This document shows positions 25,720 to 36,918 of a stretch of 64,000 nt of DNA, in pieces. The notes below the pieces were generated by a model that saw nothing but the letters and a program-made list of their open reading frames with translations, searched no databases and had not been told where the DNA came from. The DNA is from Eledone cirrhosa (lineage: Eukaryota), in NCBI GenBank assembly GCA_964016885.1, contig OZ024744.1, positions 125,674,001 to 125,738,000 on the forward strand. The letters run 5' to 3'. A program made the position numbers and the translations under genes. Within the stretch, counting starts at the first letter, position 1. Every line of letters begins with the position of its first letter.

Positions 25720-26495
25720 ATAGTAGTTTATATCCAATATGTAATATAGATATGGATTCTACAGGACTAAAACTCATTAATATGAGGGGTATTAGTAGAT
25801 TATATGCCATATTTAATAGAGAAATGGCTTCTACAAGACTAAAACTCATTAATATGAGGGGTATTACAGTTTATATGCCATATTTAATACAGAAATGGCT
25901 TCTAAAGGACTAGAACTCTTTAAATTGAATAAAATAGTAGTATATATCCTATGTTTAATACAGAAATGCCTTCTAAAGGACTCATTAATATGAGGGTATT
26001 AGTAGATTATATAACATATTTAATACAGAAATGGCTTTTAAATTCAGGGACTCGTTAATTTGATGGAAATAGTAGTGTCTATGCAATATTTAATACAGAA
26101 ATAGCTTCTACAGGACTAAAACTAATTAATATGAGGGGTATTAGTAGTATATGTGCCATATTTAATACAGAGATGGCTTCTAAATGGAGGTATCTCATTA
26201 ATTCGATTGAAATGGTAGTGTATATGCAATATTTAATACAGAAAAATAGCTTCTACAAGAATAAAACTCATTAATATGAAGGTTATTATTACATTATATG
26301 CCATATTTAATACAGAAATCGGTTCTAAAGGACTAGAACTCTTTAATTCAAATCAAATAGTAGTATAAAGCAATATTTACTACAGAAATGGCTTCTACAA
26401 GACTAAAAATCCTTAATATGAGGGGTATTGTTAGATTATATACCATATTTAATACAGAAATGGCTTCTAAATGAAGAAATCTCTTTAATTCGATA
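25720..26495 (+). repeat. ~72-bp AT-rich minisatellite (~10-11 diverged copies)
   Basis: Recurring atatttaatacagaaatggcttct...taatatgaggggtattag. Confidence 0.85.
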
Positions 26496-27149
26496 GTAAT
26501 AGTAATAATAATAATAGTAATAGTAATAATACAGCCAATTTTCCACGCAATACTTTTAGTTAGCACCCCGAACGCATAATTGGGAATATAATCACTTATT
26601 TCCTAATGTTTGTTGAGTGAGTTGGGAAAAAAAACTTGGGAAATATATTTTCAGGGTCTCAAAATCTTAAAGAGAAAAAAAAGTCCTGTGGAAGGTAGCA
26701 AAACAATTAGGAAGAAAATGGTTTGAAGTTGGTTGGTGAGTATAAGATTACAGTATCTTGTTGATTTCTATAAAGTTTACTTTTAACTGAATTGGTAAAA
26801 ATGGATAAATTAGAAGACACAATATAATAACTAATATTGTCTTCTAAAACAGGGAATAAAAATATGTTGGTGTATTGGGGGGGGGGGGGGTAAACATGTG
26901 AGTTAATGGGAATGTTTTTGTTTGTTTTTATTGAAACATATTCAATCTACAGATAGGTTGTTATAGTTATTTAGTCTCGGGTCTGCCATTATCTGCAGAT
27001 TTATAATTGAGGGGTGTTCCAGGTGTGACCACCCTACATTATTCCTAGAGATTGTTACTCCTTCATTCTTCAGTCATCTTGGTCTTCTTATGAGATGGTG
27101 GTGTAGTCTTATTTATTGTTAAGGTTATGGTCTTCCTTTGTCCACACTC

Positions 27150-27187
<38 letters not shown>

Positions 27188-27189
27188 AA

Positions 27190-28210
27190 AGGCTTCCTTC
27201 TCTGGAAAAAGATGATTTAATATTCACAACCATCTGTCTAATTGTTTTCTGATGAGAATAAAGTTAATCTTGCTTGTATGTCTACCTGATCAAATGACTG
27301 GCTGATATCTTGAAGTCATTTACACCACAGAACTGTAGGAGTCTTGATCCCTCAAGCCATACCTCTAGCCATCATGTACTCCAAAAGAGTCTCACCTTGG
27401 TGCTACTCAACATGTCCATTAAATTTAGCAGCAAGGATGCCCTCTTCTTAGTGAGAGACAACTACAAGAGAGGTTCTTAGAGAAGAATAAGCCACTATAG
27501 TTAACTTTTGTTGACATAGAGAACCCCGATCTGTCATCTGGTGGTCCTTAAGGAAACTAGGTGTAGGGGAATGGCTTGTGAGGACAGTGCAAGCTATGTA
27601 CAAGGGTGCTGTCAGTAAAGTGAGAGGAGGAATTCCAGAAACAAAGTAGGTGTACATCAGGGTTCGGTCCTCAGTCCGCTCTTGTTCATTATAGTCCTCC
27701 CTCCCTCCCTCCCTCCCTCCCTCCAAGCCATAACAGAGGAGGAGTAGTTTAAGACTGGATGCCCATGGGAACTTCTCTATGCTGACGATCTGGTTCTTAT
27801 AGCAGAATCAGTAGAGGAGCTAGCTAGAGAATAAATTCTGGCTATGGAAACAGCAGTAGTTGGAATCAAGAAGACTGAGAGTGAACCTAGCTAAGACAAA
27901 AGTGTTTATAAGTAGAAGAGAGGACAAAACTCTGATTCTGTCAGGGAAATGGCCATGTTCGATATGTAGGAAAGGAGTTGGCATAAATTCTATGAAATGT
28001 AGTACGCAATGCAGATCTTGGCTACACAAGAGATGTAGTGGGATAGCAGGAAAACTGACTGACAGGTAGGGAGAAATACGTATGCAGTAGATGTACAGGG
28101 AAATTTGACAGAGATTGCAGTGATAGACACATTTTTCAAATGCAGGTGGGATCTATAGAGGGAGTTGATAGCTTCTGATACCTAGGTGATCAGATTAGTA
28201 AGGGAGGAGG
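27190..28210 (+). mobile_element. Decayed RTE-clade LINE RT region with Cys-rich insert
   Basis: VPRSVIWWSLRKLG-like, VGVHQGSVLSPLLFII, PWELLYADDLVLIAES, LRVNLAKTK..SGKWPCSICRKGVG..WLHKRCSGI. Confidence 0.85.
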
Positions 28211-28544
28211 GTGATATAAAATATATTGTTATCATGACTGTCTTTATTATTTAAATTACCTCTGTCTATTTACAGATTTTACAGAGTGTACTGGGTGCTT
28301 TTATGATGGGAGCAGCAACTCTATACGATTTTACAGAGTGTACTTGGTGCTTTTATCATGGCACATGGCAGCAGCAGCAGCAGCAACTACGATTTTACAG
28401 AGTGTACTTGGTGCTTTTTACTCTGACATCAGCACTGAGGAAGTTGTCATATTTTCAGCTAAATTAATGAGTAGAAAAACCAAGTTTCTGCTACAAAAAA
28501 TTCTCAGATTCAAGGGAGACATTCAGTTTAAGTATGGTATACTG

Positions 28545-28720
28545 TCACTAAGGCAGCAAATTGGCAGAGTCGCTAGAATATCAGATAGCATTCTTTACAT
28601 TATTTGTTTCAGCTCTCTGTTCTCTCAATTCAAATCCTGCTCAGGTCAACTTTGCCTTTCATCCATACAAAATAGATTAATAAAAGTACCAGTGTATTAC
28701 TGGGGTCAATTCTTCTTCTA
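28545..28720 (+). mobile_element. Meta-type SINE
   Basis: aaggcagcaaattggcagag head, ttcaaatcc, actttgcctttcatcc, taaaagtaccag, actggggtc. Confidence 0.65.
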
Positions 28721-28742
28721 ACTCTTCTGCACTTCCATTCTC

Positions 28743-28781
<39 letters not shown>

Positions 28782-28849
28782 GCTTCTTTAGAACACATCT
28801 GCTGTATTCAGACCTGGAGCGGAGATGGGCTCCACCAAGTTTTAAAAAT

Positions 28850-29200
28850 TGCCCTTTAAGCGCTGTATGTCAATATGGTGCCCCTATGATTCCCTCCCTC
28901 AGGAGTTATGGGACCATAGATACTGTCAATTGTAAAGAATAACAGAGATATTCAGTGCTAGTGTGGTGTTCTGTCAGTTGTGGAGATTGATGAATCTAAA
29001 CAGAAATATCAACAGCACTTTTCATTTCTGAGTAACACATTTGTTACCAAGTGCTGCATGGCTGGAATGAAAATCAGTGCTGTGAAAACCAAGACATTCA
29101 TCCTCTCAAGGAAGCTTGTGCAGTGCACTCTACATGTAAATGGAGTCCCACTGAAGCAGGTAGAAAAGTTCATGTATCTCGAAGCTGTGTTCACGAGTGA
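28850..29200 (+). mobile_element. RTE-like RT fragment (second family)
   Basis: AGMKISAVKTK..LKQVEKFMYLEAVFTSD. Confidence 0.65.
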
Positions 29201-29344
29201 TGACAGAGACGGCAAAGGCACAACACACAACAGAAGAAAAGAACAATGACAATTATTATTATTATTATTATTATTATTATTTGTTTTATTAGTTTTATTA
29301 TAATAAAAATTGTGCTGTTAGTTTGCTTGCTATACCATCATGTA

Positions 29345-29437
29345 CCCTAACCCTAAACCTAACCCCAACTCCAACTCTGACCCTAAACCTAACCCCAACC
29401 CCAACCCCAACCCTAACCCTAACCCTAACCCTAACCC
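29345..29437 (+). repeat. Degenerate telomere-type (CCCTAA)n tract fused to the spacer repeats
   Basis: ccctaa/ccccaa hexamers ending ..ccctaaccctaacccacgatag. Confidence 0.9.
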
Positions 29438-30363
29438 ACGATAGAAGACGTTCGTTACCGCTGGAGCAACGCAAATTACTCCTCGGTTGACGCCAAAAAC
29501 GAACGCCTTCTCGACGGCTAGCCGCATTTCGTGATCCGCCTTTCGATTGCGCTTCCGTCGCGGAAAAAGAATTGCCTTTATAGGCCGCCGCCGCCCGACC
29601 GGACCCACGATAGAAGACGTTCGTTACCGCTGGAGCAACGCAAATTACTCCTCGGTTGACGCCAAAAACGAACGCCTTCTCGACGGCTAGCCGCATTTCG
29701 TGATCCGCCTTTCGATTGCGCTTCCGTCGCGGAAAAAGAATTGCCTTTATAGGCCGCCGCCGCCCGACCGGACCCACGATAGAAGACGTTCGTTACCGCT
29801 GGAGCAACGCAAATTACTCCTCGGTTGACGCCAAAAACGAACGCCTTCTCGACGGCTAGCCGCATTTCGTGATCCGCCTTTCGATTGCGCTTCCGTCGCG
29901 GAAAAAGAATTGCCTTTATAGGCCGCCGCCGCCGCCCGACCGGACCCACGATAGAAGACGTTCGTTACCGCTGGAGCAACGCAAATTACTCCTCGGTTGA
30001 CGCCAAAAACGAACGCCTTCTCGACGGCTAGCCGCATTTCGTGATCCGCCTTTCGATTGCGCTTCCGTCGCGGAAAAAGAATTGCCTTTATAGGCCGCCG
30101 CCGCCGCCCGACCGGACCCACGATAGAAGACGTTCGTTACCGCTGGAGCAACGCAAATTACTCCTCGGTTGACGCCAAAAACGAACGCCTTCTCGACGGC
30201 TAGCCGCATTTCGTGATCCGCCTTTCGATTGCGCTTCCGTCGCGGAAAAAGAATTGCCTTTATAGGCCGCCGCCGCCGCCCGACCGGACCCACGATAGAA
30301 GACGTTCGTTACCGCTGGAGCAACGCAAATTACTCCTCGGTTGACGCCAAAAACGAACGCCTT
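29435..30363 (+). repeat. 169/172-bp GC-rich tandem repeat (5 full + 1 partial), putative rDNA spacer/ETS subrepeats
   Basis: atagaagacg at 29441, 29610, 29779, 29951, 30123, 30295; length differs by one GCC; lies ~360 bp upstream of the 18S start. Confidence 0.9.
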
Positions 30364-30721
30364 CCGGTTCGGGCGACGTAAAAGTCTGTAGCCTTTTCGC
30401 CGATCCTCGACGATTATCCGCCTTCCGAACAACCGCCTTTCCGCCGTCACAGCAGTAGGTACTCGTCCGTCGTAATAGCCGTCATTTTAATGCAGGAGAA
30501 ACGCCTAAATGCACTGCGATTGACGACGATCTACGACGCGCTTACTCTTCCTTGCTGCGACGAAGGTTTCGTTCGGCTTTTCGTCGTGGACCCGGTCAGG
30601 TCATGCCGCTGATCTCGCGTTGCGTCGTTACCGCTGGAGCAACGCAAATTACTCCTCGTTTAACGCCAACATCGAACGCGCTTCGGTTCTCGGTCGTCGT
30701 TGTTTTGTTTCGTGCGGAAGA
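30364..30721 (+). other. Putative 5' external transcribed spacer
   Basis: CpG-rich DNA contiguous with the 18S 5' end. Confidence 0.6.
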
Positions 30722-30907
30722 TACCTGGGTGATCCTGCCAGTAGTCATATGCTTGTCTCAAAGCTTAAGCCATGCAAGTGGAAGTTCATGCCGTAAACGA
30801 AAATGGTGAAACCGCGAATGGCTCAGGAACCGGATCTAATCCTCGGGACCGTATTCCTCACCGCGAGGAGAGGATAACTGTGGCAATTCTAGAGCTAATA
30901 CATGCAA
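30722..30907 (+). pseudogene. 18S rRNA 5' fragment (~185 nt)
   Basis: TACCTGGgTGATCCTGCCAGTAGTCATATGCTTGTCTCAAAGcTTAAGCCATGCA ... GGTGAAACCGCGAATGGCTCA ... GGATAACTGTGGCAATTCTAGAGCTAATACATGC. Confidence 0.93.
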
Positions 30908-30909
30908 TT

Positions 30910-33900
30910 GAGATCGGAGAGGGAGCGATCCGTCTGCTTGATTCCGATAACGAACGAGACATTCGTATCCGAAAGAACGTTTGTCTGGAAACTGGTGCAG
31001 TCAGTGAGTCGAAAAAAAAATATCTCGGTGGTAGTAGCAAATATTCGAACGAGACATTCGTATGCGAAAGAACGTTTGTCGGTGGTAGTAGCAAATATTC
31101 GAACGAGACATTCGTATGCGAAAGAACGTTTGTCTGGAAGTGGCGATCCATGCCCGGTGGATAGTTGGTTCCGGGTTTTACTATGATTGTTGCAAAACAG
31201 AAACTTAAAGGGATTGACAGAATTTGCGATTCCAGAGAGAGGGCGATCCGTCTGCTTGATTCCGATAACGAACGAGACATTCGTATCCGAAAGAACGTTT
31301 GTCTGGAAACTGGTGAGTCAGTGAGTCGAAAAAAAAATATCTCGGTGGTAGTAGCAAATATTCGAACGAGACATTCGTATGCGAAAGAACGTTTGTCGGT
31401 GGTAGTAGCAAATATTCGAACGAGACATTCGTATGCGAAAGAACGTTTGTCTGGAAGTGGCGATCCATGCCCGGTGGATAGTTGGTTCCGGGTTTTACTA
31501 TGATTGTTGCAAAACAGAAACTTAAAGGGATTGACAGAATTTGCGATTCCGGAGAGAGGGCGATCCGTCTGCTTGATTCCGATAACGAACGAGACATTCG
31601 TATCCGAAAGAACGTTTGTCTGGAAACTGGTGAGTCAGTGAGTCGAAAAAAAAATATCTCGGTGGTAGTAGCAAATATTCGTATGCGAAAGAAAAGATCT
31701 CGGTGGTAGTAGCAAATATTCGAACGAGACATTCGTAGGCGAAAGAAAAATATCTCGGTGGTAGTAGCAAATATTCGAACGAGACATTCGTATGCGAAAG
31801 AACGTTTGTCGGTGGTAGTAGCAAATATTCGAACGAGACATTCGTATGCGAAAGAACGTTTGTCGGTGGTAGTAGCAAATATTCGAACGAGACATTCGTA
31901 TGCGAAAGAACGTTTGTCTGGAAGTGGCGATCCATGCTCGGTGGATAGTTGGTTCCGGGTTTTACTATGATTGTTGCAAAACAGAAACTTAAAGGGATTG
32001 ACAGAATTTGCGATTCCGGAGAGGGGGCGATCCGTCTGCTTGATTCCGATAACGAACGAGACATTCGTATCCGAAAGAACGTTTGTCTGGAAACTGGTGA
32101 GTCAGTGAGTCGAAAAAAAAAATATCTCGGTGGTAGTAGCAAATATTCGAACGAGACATTCGTATGCGAAAGAACGTTTGTCGGTGGTAGTAGCAAATAT
32201 TCGAACGAGACATTCGTATGCGAAAGAACGTTTGTCGGTGGTAGTAGCAAATATTCGAACGAGACATTCGTATGCGAAAGAACGTTTGTCTGGAAGTGGC
32301 GATCCATGCCCGGTGGATAGTTGGTTCCGGGTTTTACTATGATTGTTGCAAAACAGAAACTTAAAGGGATTGACAGAATTTGCGATTCCGGAGAGAGGGC
32401 GATCCGTCTGCTTGATTCCGATAACGAACGAGACATTCGTATCCGAAAGAACGTTTGTCTGGAAACTGGTGCAGTCAGTGAGTCGAAAAAAAAATATCTC
32501 GGTGGTAGTAGCAAATATTCGAACGAGACATTCGTATGCGAAAGAACGTTTGTCGGTGGTAGTAGCAAATATTCGAACGAGACATTCGTATGCGAAAGAA
32601 CGTTTGTCTGGAAGTGGCGATCCATGCCCGGTGGATAGTTGGTTCCGGGTTTTACTATGATTGTTGCAAAACAGAAACTTAAAGGGATTGACAGAATTTG
32701 CGATTCCAGAGAGAGGGCGATCCGTCTGCTTGATTCCGATAACGAACGAGACATTCGTATCCGAAAGAACGTTTGTCTGGAAACTGGTGAGTCAGTGAGT
32801 CGAAAAAAAAATATCTCGGTGGTAGTAGCAAATATTCGAACGAGACATTCGTATGCGAAAGAACGTTTGTCGGTGGTAGTAGCAAATATTCGAACGAGAC
32901 ATTCGTATGCGAAAGAACGTTTGTCTGGAAGTGGCGATCCATGCCCGGTGGATAGTTGGTTCCGGGTTTTACTATGATTGTTGCAAAACAGAAACTTAAA
33001 GGGATTGACAGAATTTGCGATTCCGGAGAGGGGGCGATCCGTCTGCTTGATTCCGATAACGAACGAGACATTCGTATCCGAAAGAACGTTTGTCTGGAAA
33101 CTGGTGAGTCAGTGAGTCGAAAAAAAAAATATCTCGGTGGTAGTAGCAAATATTCGAACGAGACATTCGTATGCGAAAGAACGTTTGTCGGTGGTAGTAG
33201 CAAATATTCGAACGAGACATTCGTATGCGAAAGAACGTTTGTCTGGAAGTGGCGATCCATGCCCGGTGGATAGTTGGTTCCGGGTTTTACTATGATTGTT
33301 GCAAAACAGAAACTTAAAGGGATTGACAGAATTTGCGATTCCGGAGAGGGGGCGATCCGTCTGCTTGATTCCGATAACGAACGAGACATTCGTATCCGAA
33401 AGAACGTTTGTCTGGAAACTGGTGAGTCAGTGAGTCGAAAAAAAAAATATCTCGGTGGTAGTAGCAAATATTCGAACGAGACATTCGTATGCGAAAGAAA
33501 AATATCTCGGTGGTAGTAGCAAATATTCGAACGAGACATTCGTATGCGAAAGAACGTTTGTCTGGAAGTGGCGATCCATGCCCGGTGGATAGTTGGTTCC
33601 GGGTTTTACTATGATTGTTGCAAAACAGAAACTTAAAGGGATTGACAGAATTTGCGATTCCGGAGAGGGGGCGATCCGTCTGCTTGATTCCGATAACGAA
33701 CGAGACATTCGTATCCGAAAGAACGTTTGTCTGGAAACTGGTGAGTCAGTGAGTCGAAAAAAAAATATCTCGGTGGTAGTAGCAAATATTCGAACGAGAC
33801 ATTCGTATGCGAAAGAACGTTTGTCGGTGGTAGTAGCAAATATTCGAACGAGACATTCGTATGCGAAAGAACGTTTGTCTGGAAGTGGCGATCCATGCCC

Positions 33901-35325
33901 GGTGGATAGTTGGTTCCGGGTTTTACTATGATTGTTGCAAAACAGAAACTTAAAGGGATTGACAGGATTTGCGATTCCGGAGAGGGGGCGATCCGTCTGC
34001 TTGATTCCGATAACGAACGAGACATTCGTATCCGAAAGAACGTTTGTCTGGAAACTGGTGAGTCAGTGAGTCGAAAAAAAAATATCTCGGTGGTAGTAGC
34101 AAATATTCGTATGCGAAAGAAAAGATCTCGGTGGTAGTAGCAAATATTCGAACGAGACATTCGTAGGCGAAAGAAAAATATCTCGGTGGTAGTAGCAAAT
34201 ATTCGAACGAGACATTCGTATTCGAAAGAACGTTTGTCTGGAAGTTGCGATCCATGCCCGGTGGATAGTTGGTTCCGGGCTTTACTATGATTGTTGCAAA
34301 ACAGAAACTTAAAGGGATTGACAGAATTTGCGATTCCGGAGAGGGGGCGATCCGTCTGCTTGATTTCGATAACGAACGAGACATTCGTATCCGAAAGAAC
34401 GTTTGTCTGGAAACTGGTGAGTCAGTGAGTCGAAAAAAAAAATATCTCGGTGGTAGTAGCAAATATTCGAACGAGACATTCGTATGCGAAAGAACGTTTG
34501 TCGGTGGTAGTAGCAAATATTCGAACGAGACATTCGTATGCGAAAGAACGTTTGTCGGTGGTAGTAGCAAATATTCGAACGAGACATTCGTATGCGAAAG
34601 AACGTTTGTCTGGAAGTGGCGATCCATGCCCGGTGGATAGTTGGTTCCGGGTTTTACTATGATTGTTGCAAAACAGAAACTTAAAGGGATTGACAGAATT
34701 TGCGATTCCAGAGAGAGGGCGATCCGTCTGCTTGATTCCGATAACGAACGAGACATTCGTATCCGAAAGAACGTTTGTCTGGAAACTGGTGAGTCAGTGA
34801 GTCGAAAAAAAAATATCTCGGTGGTAGTAGCAAATATTCGAACGAGACATTCGTATGCGAAAGAACGTTTGTCTGGAAGTGGCGATCCATGCTCGGTGGA
34901 TAGTTGGTTCCGGGTTTTACTATGATTGTTGCAAAACAGAAACTTAAAGGGATTGACAGAATTTGCGATTCCGGAGAGGGGGCGATCCGTCTGCTTGATT
35001 CCGATAACGAACGAGACATTCGTATCCGAAAGAACGTTTGTCTGGAAACTGGTGAGTCAGTGAGTCGAAAAAAAAATATCTCGGTGGTAGTAGCAAATAT
35101 TCGTATGCGAAAGAAAAGATCTCGGTGGTAGTAGCAAATATTCGAACGAGACATTCGTATGCGAAAGAAAAATATCTCGGTGGTAGTAGCAAATATTCGA
35201 ACGAGACATTCGTATTCGAAAGAACGTTTGTCTGGAAGTTGCGATCCATGCCCGGTGGATAGTTGGTTCCGGGCTTTACTATGATTGTTGCAAAACAGAA
35301 ACTTAAAGGAATTGACAGAATTTTC
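30910..35325 (+). repeat. Satellite of scrambled 18S/28S rRNA fragments, ~13 units of 263-467 bp with an internal 54-bp subrepeat
   Basis: Unit landmarks at 31165, 31482, 31949, 32321, 32639, 32956, 33274, 33593, 33910, 34269, 34641, 34904, ~35263; motifs GATTCCGGAGAGGG, TTCCGATAACGAACGAGAC, GAAACTTAAAGG(G/A)ATTGAC (18S) and ATCTCGGTGGTAGTAGCAAATATTC (28S). Confidence 0.9.
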
Positions 35326-35344
35326 GAATCGACATCAACTCGGC

Positions 35345-35710
35345 TACGGCTATCCCGTCGAGTACGAGAGTATCGCGGGATCAGAGCAACGGTTTGCTAG
35401 GCTGCCTCTGAGCGATAACGGCTGAACGCCTCCTCTAAGCCGGAACCCTAGCCGGACCCGAGTTGTTTTTCGACAAGCGTCTCGACCTTCTTAAGGCCCA
35501 TGCCTTAGTTTGGCGATTGCCGTCCGTTCGCCGACGGCGGCAGCGTCAGCGGAAATGCCATTCTGTGACGACTACGACGATTCGTCGTCGTCGTCGTCCA
35601 TTCGATTTCCTGAAAGAGATAGAGACTAAAGTGATCAAATTGTTCGGAGTTACGTGCTTAGTAGAGCAGCTACCACACTGCAATCTATTGAGAGTTTTCT
35701 GACGAACGAT
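35345..35710 (+). pseudogene. 28S rRNA 3'-terminal fragment, diverged and internally deleted
   Basis: AGTACGAGAG (sarcin-ricin loop) at 35361, CTGAACGCCTC(ctc)TAAG at ~35422, GTAGAGCAGCT..CTGCAATCTATTGAGAGT at ~35661, in canonical order. Confidence 0.8.
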
Positions 35711-36090
35711 ACAATCCGCCCACGTGGCGCCAGAAAGGGAGAAGAAAAGAAAAGTTAGACGCCGCCGATCGATCGGTTCGTTGTTTTACGTGTACACAGC
35801 TTGTGTGTGTGTCTGTATGTGATACAAGCCGCCTATCCGTCTTCCAAGTAAGTTTTGTGTGTAGACTGCGGAAAGAAATCCAATCCGCCGTCTAGGCGGT
35901 TCTGCCGCCGACCCATACTTTTGCGAGTCGCTCCCGGGAAAGACAGGCGGCAAGACGGCGTGTATACACGACGCCTTCCGTCTTCCGCCTCGAACCCGGG
36001 CAAACGTTCCTTTATTCGTCCACGCCTTCCCGCTTCGATCGCGAGAAAGTAATCAATCTGTTTTGTGTGTGTGTCTGTGTGTGATACAAA
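35711..36090 (+). other. Putative 3' ETS / proximal IGS
   Basis: CpG-rich DNA immediately after the 28S 3' end. Confidence 0.45.
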
Positions 36091-36439
36091 TTTGTTTTCT
36101 TAATTTGATAACCATGAATTGTTTCAACACCGGCCCTTTTAAGGGCCACTTATATTTTCAATAATCAGTTTAAATGGGTTGCACCGTAGCCACTTGGTAA
36201 TACACTGCAAATCTCCCGTCAATCTATGAAGGTTTTGTAGTAGATTAGATCAAAACACAATCAGCAAGACAGTAATGGAATGAATAATATAAACATTTGT
36301 TTATAATTAAAGCCTTAAGATGTCCCTCCCTCCCTCCCTTCCTCCCTTCCTTCCTTCCTTCCTTCCTTCCTTACGATATACACTTTAATAACATTGAAAC
36401 TTATTTAATAAGTTTAAATTTTAAACACTTTTTATTCAG

Positions 36440-36570
36440 ACGTACCGCGATAAGTAACTAGATATGTTCTAACGAATAATCCGCGATGTGGCGAGGATTA
36501 CCGCGATAGGAAATTAGATACGTTCCAAAGAAATATCCGCGAAAAGTGAACCGCGATATAGCGGGTTCAC
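36440..36570 (+). mobile_element. Possible Tigger/pogo-like MITE end
   Basis: Repeated ccgcga motifs ending ccgcgaaaagtgaaccgcgatatagcg. Confidence 0.35.
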
Positions 36571-36574
36571 CAGC

Positions 36575-36632
36575 CAGTGTATTACTGGTACTTTATTTTA
36601 TCGACCCCCATAAGGATGAAAGGCAAAGTTAA
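36575..36632 (-). mobile_element. Meta-type SINE fragment
   Basis: actggtactttattttatcgacccccataaggatgaaaggcaaagttaac. Confidence 0.7.
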
Positions 36633-36727
36633 CTGTGCAATAACAAAGGGAGATAACCTCGTCTTTTTTTTTTTACGGAGTTATTTCCCTTTAAATTTTA
36701 TCTATTACTTATGATGATACAATTTAA

Positions 36728-36860
36728 TCAGTTCTTAGCTGTCGAGACACTGCATCCTTTAAAACCTCCATGGAACAAGCTACCTGCAACAGTTGTTAGC
36801 TGTCGAGACACTGCATCTTTTAAAACCTCCATGGAACAAACTACCTGCATCAGTTGTTAG
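36728..36860 (+). mobile_element. Tandemly duplicated ~61-bp piece of the CR1 ORF2 3' end
   Basis: Encodes WNKLPA.VVSCRDTASFKT, matching the ORF2 C-terminus at 16170-16260. Confidence 0.8.
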
Positions 36861-36918
36861 GGTCTGAGTTCAAATCACGCCGAGGAGGTTAACTTTGCCT
36901 TTCATCCTTACGGGGTCG
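36861..36918 (+). mobile_element. Meta-type SINE fragment
   Basis: ggtctgagttcaaatcacgccgagg..gcctttcatccttacggggtcg, nearly identical to 13757. Confidence 0.75.

Noticed and set aside
27860-28069. Host PHD/zinc-finger gene
   Set aside because: Lies directly after a YADD RT motif; it is the Cys-rich insert of a decayed RTE element.
29298-30450. Arg-rich 120-160 aa ORFs on the minus strand
   Set aside because: Readthrough of the 169/172-bp and CCCTAA repeats.
30910-35325. CRISPR-like array or protein-coding ORFs (up to 410 aa)
   Set aside because: No unique spacers, no cas genes, eukaryotic context; the ORFs are translations of the tandem repeat.
30722-35710. Functional 18S/28S rRNA genes
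   Set aside because: Only terminal fragments and scrambled pieces; no 5.8S; sarcin-ricin loop altered.
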